Both the position numbers and the translations under genes were made by a program. The notes beneath the pieces were generated by a model. That model was not told where the DNA came from and made no database searches. It worked only from the letters and a program-made list of their open reading frames with translations. Shown here in pieces: positions 34,149 through 45,000 of a stretch of 64,000 nt of DNA. The stretch comes from Pyrinomonadaceae bacterium (GTDB lineage: Bacteria; Acidobacteriota; Blastocatellia; Pyrinomonadales; Pyrinomonadaceae). Positions within the stretch are counted from its first letter, which is position 1; every line of letters begins with the position of its first letter. Location of the stretch: assembly GCA_035279345.1 (NCBI GenBank), contig DATEHX010000260.1, forward strand, positions 5,606 through 69,605, written 5' to 3'.

Positions 34149-36122
34149 GTGACAAATACTGACTTCGATGGGCCGTTAAGCGCACGTGAGATAGCTGCGC
34201 TCTGTTTGCTGCTGATTGTTCTTAGCCTGCAACTGTTCTTTTCGGTACGAAGAGAATCGCAAACCTGGGATGAAGGGAATCACATCTTCACCGGGTATCG
34301 CACCTGGACTCATAGAGATTACGGGCTGAACCCAGAGCACCCACCGCTGGTGAAACTCCTCACGACCACGCCGTTGTTGTGGTCTCAGTTAAAATCTCCC
34401 GCCCTCGAAGAACGCTTCTTTAAAGAGGATGCGTTTCTTCGCGGCAAGGAGTTTCTTTACCAGAACGATGCTGACAAGATTCTCGCGCGCACGCGCACGG
34501 CCGCGGCAACTCTGACGCTGCTCGCTGCATTCGTTGTCTTCTTTGGAACGAGAGAATTGTTTGGGACCGGTGCAGCTTTCGTTGCGCTCACACTGCTTGC
34601 TTTCGATCCAAATCTTCTGGCTCATGGCGCGCTGATCACAACCGATGTGGGACTCGCCTGCTTCATGTTTCTCGCCGTCTACATGTTCTACCGGTTCGTG
34701 AAGGCTCCGTCCGCGCTACGGTTGATCGTGGCGGGAGTTGCGGTCGGACTGGTACTCGCGGTCAAACACACGGGTCTGCTGGTTCTTCCGATTCTGTTGT
34801 TACTGACGCTTTGCGAGATCATCCGCAGCCGCCAGGTGCTCAAGCTGTTAGGTTCGTTAGCACTCATCGCGCTGATCGGTTGGGTGGTCCTATGGTCGTT
34901 CTACGGCTTCCGCTATAACGCGCGGCCCGAAGGTCTGCAACTTAATCCGCTTCTGGCCGAATACGTTAAAGGCTTGGAACCTTATCAAGCGCGGCCGATC
35001 TTAACTGCCGCTCGCTGGCACATCCTTCCGGAGTCGTATCTCTACGGTCTGGTCGACGTAAAACTCACCGCGAATTACTACACGAGTTACGTGCTCGGCA
35101 AAGTGTACGCACATGGCGTGTGGTTCTACTTTCCGATTGCTTTTTTGATCAAGTCAACTGTCGGTGTTCTGCTGCTGTTGCTGTTGAGCCTCGGTGTCGT
35201 TGTCACTCGCCGCCTGAAACGCGGGCGAGAGATCATCTTCCTTGTTATTCCAGTGATCTTCTATCTGCTGGTTGCACTGACCGTCGGAATGAACATCGGC
35301 GTACGGCACATTCTGGTCGTTTATGTTTTCCTGTACGTACTGATCGGCGGTGCCGCGTGGAGCTTGATTCAGGCGAACCGGAAGTGGGCTTACGCTGTCG
35401 GCGTGCTGCTGTTGGTGCATGTGGTTTCATCCGTAGCCGCGTTTCCCAACTACATCCCCTACGCAAACGAACTCTGGGGCGGGCCGTCGCAAACTCACAA
35501 GTATCTGACCGACTCGAATTCTGATTGGGGGCAACAGCTCAAGAGTGTCAAGCAGTATCTCGACGACCGCGGAGTGAAAGAGTGTTGGTTTGTGTATTTC
35601 GCGGCGGGCGTCGTCGAAACGGACTACTACGGAATACCCTGCAAACCTCTGCCAACGCTCACCACGATGTGGCTCAACCTGCCGATCGATGTTCCAAGAT
35701 GGATTAACGGACCAGTGTTGATTAGCGCCAGCAATCTGTCGGGAGTCGAACTCGGCCCGGGCTCGCTCGATCCTTACGGTCAATTCAAACTGCTCAAGCC
35801 AACGGCCGTGATCGATCGCGGCGTGTTCGTCTTCGACGGCACGTTTGACATGCCGCTCGCGGCGGCGATCAGCAAGGCACAGAAAGCCCGTAACCTCGCC
35901 GAGGCAAAACAACTCGACCAGGCGTTTCAGGAAGTACAGGAGGCGGTCGCATTGGCGCCCGACTCGATCCAGACGCAACTCGCGTTGGGCGACATTCTCC
36001 GCGAGCTGGGTCAACCTCAACAGGCGCGCGCGGCTTACGAGAAAGCACTCCAACTCGCGAAGACAATCGAGCCCGAGTTTCAGATTCGCTCTGTCCCGGA
36101 AATCGAGGAGCGATTGCGGTAG
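34149..36122 (+). CDS. GT-C fold membrane glycosyltransferase (GT39/ArnT/PMT-like) with a C-terminal TPR-like domain
   Basis: It has 10 or more TM helices and an early-loop WDEGNH motif (the DE motif typical of ArnT/PMT-like enzymes). A soluble C-terminus with TPR-like helices follows (AEAKQLDQAFQEVQEAVALAPDS...ARAAYEKALQLA). The start codon is GTG. Confidence 0.6.
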   Translation: MTNTDFDGPLSAREIAALCLLLIVLSLQLFFSVRRESQTWDEGNHIFTGYRTWTHRDYGLNPEHPPLVKLLTTTPLLWSQLKSPALEERFFKEDAFLRGKEFLYQNDADKILARTRTAAATLTLLAAFVVFFGTRELFGTGAAFVALTLLAFDPNLLAHGALITTDVGLACFMFLAVYMFYRFVKAPSALRLIVAGVAVGLVLAVKHTGLLVLPILLLLTLCEIIRSRQVLKLLGSLALIALIGWVVLWSFYGFRYNARPEGLQLNPLLAEYVKGLEPYQARPILTAARWHILPESYLYGLVDVKLTANYYTSYVLGKVYAHGVWFYFPIAFLIKSTVGVLLLLLLSLGVVVTRRLKRGREIIFLVIPVIFYLLVALTVGMNIGVRHILVVYVFLYVLIGGAAWSLIQANRKWAYAVGVLLLVHVVSSVAAFPNYIPYANELWGGPSQTHKYLTDSNSDWGQQLKSVKQYLDDRGVKECWFVYFAAGVVETDYYGIPCKPLPTLTTMWLNLPIDVPRWINGPVLISASNLSGVELGPGSLDPYGQFKLLKPTAVIDRGVFVFDGTFDMPLAAAISKAQKARNLAEAKQLDQAFQEVQEAVALAPDSIQTQLALGDILRELGQPQQARAAYEKALQLAKTIEPEFQIRSVPEIEERLR

Positions 36123-36206
36123 TGGACAAGATCATGTCCAGGCCGCTTCTGACTTTAGCAAGATTGAACAAGAAAAAGTCTCGCGGTTACGTTACAGGTC
36201 GACACT

Positions 36207-38573
36207 GTGTTCCTGATAACCAGCCTGCTGAGATTTTCGGTCAAACACCCGCGCCTCGTCATCACGTTCGCCGGTGTAATCACCGTTTGCGCGCTTATTT
36301 TCATCCCGCGAATTCAACTCCGGCTCGACGGCCGCTCCTTGATTCCTGCCGGTCTTGCGGAGTTTGCCGAAGGCGATCAGGCGGCATCGCGATTCGAGTT
36401 GCGCGACCTTGTGTTGATTGGCGTCGGTAACGAGCAGTCGGGCGTGTACACACCTGAGACGCTGCAACGCATCGCCCGCTTGAGTGATGGACTTTCTCGT
36501 GTCGATGGAATCGTTGCGGATTCTGTTGTCAGTATCTCCACCGTACCGCGCGTCACTCGCGTCGACGACAAGGTCGACACAAACCCACTGTTCCGGCCCG
36601 AGGATCACTTAAACGCTGAAACCATCCAACAACTACGCCGGGAGGTGGGCAGGCGTGGTTATGACACCGGCATGCTGGTGTCGAGAGACCGAAAAGGAGC
36701 GGCCATCATCGCGAAGGTGGAGCCGGGAGCCGACCGGTACCGGCTGCTTGAAGAAACGCGCACTCTGATCGCGAGCGAGTCGTCCGGCAAAGACTCGGTG
36801 TATCTAAGCGGATCGGCGTTGGCGCAAGCCGTTCTTGGCCAGGCGACAGCGCGCGATTTGGCCCGCTTGATTCCTGCCGTGATCGCCGTTCTGGGCGTAA
36901 TGCTGTTCCTGTCGTTTCGCCATCCGATACCCGCGCTTTTGTCGCTCACGGAAATCGGAGTTAGCCTCGTCTGGATGACGGGCCTGATGGGTCTGACCGG
37001 TCAGCCGGTGTTTGTCACGACGTTGGTATTGCCGGTAGTGCTTATCTGCGTTGGCGTGTCTGATGATGTTTACGCGCTCGGACATTATTTCAATGAAGTG
37101 GAGCGCGCCGAAGGTCTGACGACTGAGGAGACGATTGTCGCCGCGTTTAGCAGTGCCGCGCGTCCGGTCGGCATCACGGCCGTTTCAACTGTCGTCGGAC
37201 TCATGTCGATGGCGGTGGTGAGCCTCACTCCGCTGCGCATCTTTGGCTTGTTCGGCTCTGTTGCGATCGTCTTCTCGTCGTTGTTTACGTTCTCACTGCT
37301 TCCGGCACTGCTCGCGATCCTGAAACCGCGCGTGCGCATGAAAGACGATCCCGCGATCGCTCTCGGTGGACGCCCCACAGCGTCGATACTGCGCTTCTTG
37401 ACCGGTAACACAAGTCCACGGCGCGTGGCCGTTTGCGCTTTACTGGTCGCGGCTTGTGCTGCACTAGCGACCACGCGCCTCCACGTCGACGATAGTTGGA
37501 TCCGCAATCTGCCAAACGATAGCGACATCGTGCGAGGGGACAGCTTCTTCAACGAAAAGATGGCGGGGACGACCGCGCTCGAACTGATGGTTGACGCAAC
37601 ACACCCGGGTTGGTTCAACAGCAGGGAAGGCATGTCGGCACTCGGCTCGCTCGAATGGGTTCTGGCGCGGGTTCCCCATGTCGGCGCCGTCAACAGTCTC
37701 TTCAACGACATGGTGAGAACTAACGCTTCCGTCGTCGATGGCTTAAATTACGGCACCTACCGGGCAGCCCTGCAGACTGGACGCGTTCCTCTCAGAAACG
37801 AGGACGTTGAACCGGTATTTGAAGCGCTCTCGGAGTCGACGCAGGCGCCGATCCGTGAGAGGGTTGACGATGAGCACCAACGCGCACGCGTTACGGTTTT
37901 CATTCGTGATGCTGACTACAGCCGTATCGATAACGTGTTGCGGGCCGCGGAGCGCGAAATGTTGGACCAGGGGCTGGGCCATAAGATCGTGCCTTTCGGC
38001 GATGGATGGATCAGCTATTTGACGGTTCGTCTGCTGGTCGAAGGACAGGCGTCGTCGATTGGGTTGGCCCTTGTGACCGATCTGATTCTCATCTCCATAC
38101 TGCTCGGGTCGGTGCGGATGGGGTTCATCGCGGTTCTACCCGTCGCCTTCAGTCTCCTGCTTGTGCTCGCCGCGCTCGCGCTTGCAGGCACGCCGCTGGG
38201 CATTGCGAACTCGATGTTTGCCGGCATCGCGCTCGGCATCGGCTTAGATTTTGCGATTCATTTGACGACCGCGTATCGGCAAAGGATTAGACAAGGCATG
38301 ACTGCGGACGAAGCTCTGCGCACGACGCTCGAACTCACCGGACCGGCGATCTGCGTCAGCGCAGCTTCGATCACAGCGGGTTTTTCCGTCCTGCTGCTTT
38401 CTGAAATTGCTCCCAACGTGCAGCTCGGGGTAATGATTTGTTTGTGTCTTGTGACGTGCGCAGCTACGACGTTATTGCTCATTCCCAGTTTGCTGAGACT
38501 CTGGAAGCCGTCCGATAGACCACACGCCCACGCACCTCAAAGTAACACTTGCTTGTTAAAGCAAAAGGTATGA
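36207..38573 (+). CDS. MMPL/RND-superfamily exporter (COG1033/HpnN-like)
   Basis: The 788-aa protein has two 6-TM bundles, each preceded by a large periplasmic loop. The SSD-like TM motifs are typical of MMPL-type transporters. The start codon is GTG. Confidence 0.7.
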   Translation: MFLITSLLRFSVKHPRLVITFAGVITVCALIFIPRIQLRLDGRSLIPAGLAEFAEGDQAASRFELRDLVLIGVGNEQSGVYTPETLQRIARLSDGLSRVDGIVADSVVSISTVPRVTRVDDKVDTNPLFRPEDHLNAETIQQLRREVGRRGYDTGMLVSRDRKGAAIIAKVEPGADRYRLLEETRTLIASESSGKDSVYLSGSALAQAVLGQATARDLARLIPAVIAVLGVMLFLSFRHPIPALLSLTEIGVSLVWMTGLMGLTGQPVFVTTLVLPVVLICVGVSDDVYALGHYFNEVERAEGLTTEETIVAAFSSAARPVGITAVSTVVGLMSMAVVSLTPLRIFGLFGSVAIVFSSLFTFSLLPALLAILKPRVRMKDDPAIALGGRPTASILRFLTGNTSPRRVAVCALLVAACAALATTRLHVDDSWIRNLPNDSDIVRGDSFFNEKMAGTTALELMVDATHPGWFNSREGMSALGSLEWVLARVPHVGAVNSLFNDMVRTNASVVDGLNYGTYRAALQTGRVPLRNEDVEPVFEALSESTQAPIRERVDDEHQRARVTVFIRDADYSRIDNVLRAAEREMLDQGLGHKIVPFGDGWISYLTVRLLVEGQASSIGLALVTDLILISILLGSVRMGFIAVLPVAFSLLLVLAALALAGTPLGIANSMFAGIALGIGLDFAIHLTTAYRQRIRQGMTADEALRTTLELTGPAICVSAASITAGFSVLLLSEIAPNVQLGVMICLCLVTCAATTLLLIPSLLRLWKPSDRPHAHAPQSNTCLLKQKV

Positions 38574-38618
38574 TATAAGCCTCCTGCAATCTCTATCTCA
38601 ACTCTCGCTCTCGAAGCG

Positions 38619-40748
<2,130 letters not shown>

Positions 40749-40792
40749 GCCCTATTTGCCTGCCTGGTTTACAGTCCTCATTGAGATTCAGT

Positions 40793-41638
40793 TCATTTCA
40801 ATGTGTCAGCAAGCAGGAAAGGGAGAGACACGAGAAGTGGCGGGTCAGTCAAGGTCATGGGTCTTAGCGAGATGTTGAATGGACCATTAGCTCTGCCCTG
40901 ACGCACGATCACCGGCCCGTTCCCCGCACCCACCGAAAGGTTTGCGCTGTCAGGTAATAAGTAGCCGAGCGTGTCAGCAAAACGCGGCAGAGCGGCCGCG
41001 AGTAAATGATAGATTCCGTCGGGAACTTGTCCGATGCTGAAGGCGCCGGGCGCTGTAAGAAGAGCGCCGCCGACAGGGCGACTCTGCGGGATGTGAGCCT
41101 GGAAGAGGCCGACGAAGATCGGTCCTGCGCCGGGTTTAACTGACTCTACAAAACCCTCAACCGAAGGATGAAGCGTCGCACGTTCGGTCACTTCCGCGTA
41201 GTGCGAACAAAGTGACTCGACCGAAACGGGAGTGATTCGTTCGGCGAGGTAACGAAACTCACGCGGTCCGAGTCCGACGCGTTCAGTAAAACGCCGAGTG
41301 AAAGTGCTGAGACTGTTGTAACCCACCTCAAAGCAGATGTCCGTGATGCTGAGTTGAGTATTCAGGAGCAATCGCTTCGCTTCGTCGAGGCGCATCGCCG
41401 AGATGAACTTGTTAGGCGGAAGACCCGTGATCTGGTGAAACACGCGGTTGAAGTGAAACGTGCTGATGTAAGCGACGCGCGACATGTCTTGCAGCGAGAT
41501 GGGTTCGCAAAGCCGCTCGCGCGCGGTCGTGATCACGCGCTCAACCGCACGGCGATGTGACGCAAGCGTGTCTTCCCGGCACGCCGAATTTGCGGTGACA
41601 TCAAACACGCCGCTTCTTAAAAGTTCAGCTTCTTGCAT
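40793..41638 (-). CDS. AraC-family transcriptional regulator with an uncharacterised roughly 150-aa C-terminal domain
   Basis: The HTH_AraC motifs are ISLQDMSRVAYISTFHFNRVFHQITGLPPNKFI and ITDICFEVGYNSLSTFTRRFTERVGLGPREFR. The start overlaps the thioesterase stop by 14 nt. Confidence 0.85.
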   Translation of the reverse strand: MQEAELLRSGVFDVTANSACREDTLASHRRAVERVITTARERLCEPISLQDMSRVAYISTFHFNRVFHQITGLPPNKFISAMRLDEAKRLLLNTQLSITDICFEVGYNSLSTFTRRFTERVGLGPREFRYLAERITPVSVESLCSHYAEVTERATLHPSVEGFVESVKPGAGPIFVGLFQAHIPQSRPVGGALLTAPGAFSIGQVPDGIYHLLAAALPRFADTLGYLLPDSANLSVGAGNGPVIVRQGRANGPFNISLRPMTLTDPPLLVSLPFLLADTLK

Positions 41639-42050
41639 ACTCTCTCAAAGCCTCGCGCAACTGAGTGGGAACGGGGACGGGAACTACCTGCTCGCCCTCG
41701 CGCTGCATACACGCGACCTGTTGCTCGCCGCGGGCCACCAACTCTTCGCCCGCGGCGTTGTGTCGCCAATACTCGAAGTTCATCGTGATGCGGTTCTGGC
41801 CCAACTCGCCGAGACGCATACGTAAGATGACCTCGTCGAACGCGACGAGCTCCGCCATGAATTCACACGACACGCGTGTGGTCACGAGTACGAGTCCATA
41901 CTTGAGTGCTTCGATAACCTCTGGAGCGCGGTCACGCAGAAACATCTCGCGGCAACGCCCTTGCCAGCGCACGTGGTTGGCGTAGTAGACATTTCCGATC
42001 AAGTTCGTCTCTTCAAACCCGACGACGTGCCGGTATTCATACGCGCGCAT
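41625..42050 (-). CDS. Hot-dog fold thioesterase of the enediyne TEBC type (SgcE10/CalE7/DynE7-like)
   Basis: The 141-aa protein contains YRHVVGFEETNLIGNVYYANHVRWQGRCREMFL...LVTTRVSCEF...VARGEQQVACM, which resembles the 4HBT-type TE always found next to PKSE. The ATG at 42050 overlaps the PKS stop by 14 nt. Confidence 0.75.
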   Translation of the reverse strand: MRAYEYRHVVGFEETNLIGNVYYANHVRWQGRCREMFLRDRAPEVIEALKYGLVLVTTRVSCEFMAELVAFDEVILRMRLGELGQNRITMNFEYWRHNAAGEELVARGEQQVACMQREGEQVVPVPVPTQLREALREYARS

Positions 42051-45000
42051 CTTTGTCTCCTATCGCTCCTGCCACAAGAGGCGCCTTTTGTGCTTCTTTG
42101 TGGCTATTTCCCGTTAGTAACGCTATTGCCAAATCCTCTTTCTCACCGTCCCTCTGAATCACACCCGACGCAATCTTCATTTCGCCGGACGCGAGCAAGA
42201 GCCAACCGTTAGAAGCCGTGCCAGTGAAGACGAGAGGCGCGGTCATGCCAGCCCCGGCTTTCTTCAGACACTCGACTGACGTCCAAACGCGTGTCGCCGC
42301 AACGTCCAATGTCTCGTGTGTTTCACGGCTAATGATCTCGGCGAGTTTGAATCGCTCAACGCCGAGCATGTCGCTCCAGATTTCGGACGATCGCGTCGTG
42401 ACGGTTTCGAGGTCGCAACCAACTGCAGAGTGAGCGGCGACAGCCATCGTGAGGTCGCCGCAGTGTGAAGCCGACACGCTGCGTCCATCGCAGGCTTCTG
42501 GTTTTCCATCAGCACGTCTCGTGATGCAGCCCGCGCGGCCGACCGCCCTCTCGAGTGCGCGTGTGCTGCGATCGCGACGTTCAGACATTCCCTCGGGCTC
42601 TCCGTTGCGCTCGAAGGCGACCGAAACGTTCGCGTCAGGAACCAACGCCAGCAAACATCGTTCGACGTACGGCGTCAGCAATCCTTCCGGCCACGGACCT
42701 GTGTAGTCCGTGCCGCTAATCGCACGAAGGTGCAGCCGTTCCCAACGCTCTCGCACACGCCCTTCGCTATCGGTCAACTCCACGTCGTACACGAAGCCAT
42801 TCGCGAAGCGCTCTCTTTCCTCGGCGCGCACAAATAACTCGCCAACGTGCGCGTTCAGATTGCCCGTTACTTTCTCCACGCCGATCGGCAGGAGCGTGAT
42901 CTGCGGTACGCACGCTTGGACCGCGTGAATCGCCGCATCGCGCGCACCCGGATCTCCGAGCACAAGACCAGCCGGTAAGTACCGGCCAAACCAGTTCGTC
43001 GTTCCATCGGACATGATCTCAGCCGAGCACTCCGTAGCCTTGAGCGTGCGATACTCGCGAAGACGGCGAAAGCGACCCGTGTGAAACAGCACCTTGCCGT
43101 AAAGGTCGTGCGCGGGATCGACAATCACGCGCGTGTCGACGATCTCGCGGTGCTCCGGCTCCGATGGACCACTCGCCGGACGGCACACCGCACGGAAGTG
43201 ATCGGCTTGAAAACCCGTCTCCGAGCTGCGCAGAACGATCTCCACGCAGCCCGGAGTACGCACGAGCGCGGCGACGCGAATTGTGTTGGTTGCCCCTTCG
43301 TTGATAACGACAGGCCGTTCGAACTTAACCTGCTCGAACACCGGCGGCTCGTTCGTTTCTGTAAGCGCCATGAAGACCTGGGCCATCGCCTCCATGCCCA
43401 TCACGGCAGGCACAAGCCGCTCGCCACGAAAGACGTGGTCGTCAAGATACGGATCAGTCGCCGTGGACAACTCCGTGTCGACGACCAACTCGATTCCGGG
43501 ATAGTAGACGCGCGGCTTTTCGAGAAAGCGCAAGAAAGGGAGCTCCGGCTTTTCGACTTCAAGCGTCGGCATGTCGCTCAAGCGTCCCATGACCACCGCA
43601 GCGACCTCTGCCGACTTCTGCGTCAGAAGTCGATGCAAAGAGTCCAAGCCTCTTTCTACAGGGATCGGCGTGATACCTCTACGCGCCAACTCGTCTACCG
43701 TGCCGAGCCGCGCGCCCATGCCGACACCCGACCAGACGGACCACTCGATCGCGTGGCAACGGCAATGCGGATGTTCTGTCTGCCAACTCTCGGTCAAACG
43801 CGTGAGCCACTCGTTAGCGAGACCATAATGGGCTTCGCCCGGCAGTCCAGTCCGCGCGATGATCGAAGAAAACGTGATCAAGAGACGCAGACGGTCGGGA
43901 TCGATCGCGGCGAGTAAGTTCTGCGCGCCCCGAATCTTGGGCGCGAACGTTTTCGTGAACTCTTCCGAGTTGAGATTCTCGATCAGGCACGGAACGTTCC
44001 GCGCCGCGCCGTGCAGGATCGCTGTTACTGGTCCCAGATCTCTTTCAACCTCACGGATCGCCTCGCGTGTTGCGGCGGCTTCGCTAACATCAACGCTGTA
44101 GTAACGGAAATCAACGCCCGCCGCTTTCATCCTTTCGAGGTTTGTGACGATCTCGTCGTCCGCGTTCGGTTTAGAAAGGCCAAAGATGGCCAGGCGCGCG
44201 CCGGATTCACGCGCGAGTCGAAGCGCGCATTCCGCCGTGATCCCGCGTGCGCCTCCCGTCACCACTAACACGTCATCCGGCGTCAGCGGCAAATCGCATT
44301 CGTCCGCTTCAAACACGAGTGGTCGCAGAACGGGCTCGTAGCGTTTGCCGTCCGAACCATAACGTGCTTCCACGTGGCCGCGTGCCGCGAGCGCTTCGGC
44401 CAAAACCCATGCAGCCGCTTCCGGATGGTCCAGTGGCACGTCAACCACGCACGTGTTGAGATTCTTCGCTTCGAGATGCAGCGTGCGCGCGAAGCTGGCG
44501 GCGCCCCCGTGCCCTGAATATTGGCCAAGTACGTAGCGAAAATCGTCGCCACCTTTTAACGCCTCACGCGCACCGTCCAGCAAAAGGTCGATGTGACTCT
44601 CGTCAGGTTCAGGCGGAAGAAGCACCACGACGCCATGACCGGCGCCTACCTGCGCGAAAGATCTCTCCACAGCGTTCTTGAGCGGATGGTCCAACGAGGC
44701 GAGTATGCGCCAGTCTGCAGCTTCGAATGGACCATCTCGCCGGGGCAAAGCGCGTTCGACGAATTCGACGGAAAACTCTCTAACCCACTCGTCAACGCCG
44801 GTGGGAAGTGCTTCTGCATCCGAATCGCCGTTCGCGCTCCCGGCGTGCGCCGCGGCCTCGAGGGCGCGGGCGATTTCAGAGAGGGTCGCGTTTGCGTAGT
44901 GTGTCGGGGCTGTTGGCGGTGGAAGATCGAGGCGGCGCGCCGCTTCGGCGACGAGTTGGGCCACCGTGATCGAGTTCAAGTGAAGATCGTCAAGCAGTCT

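Noticed and set aside
43081-43917. 278-aa plus-strand ORF, and many other 60-180-aa ORFs, inside the PKS gene (for example 44593..45129, 45515..46066, 47308..47724)
   Set aside because: They are antisense or frame-shadow ORFs typical of GC-rich coding DNA. They are Arg/Ala/Ser-rich and low-complexity, with no RBS. The opposite strand carries an uninterrupted 1954-aa PKS with all catalytic motifs.
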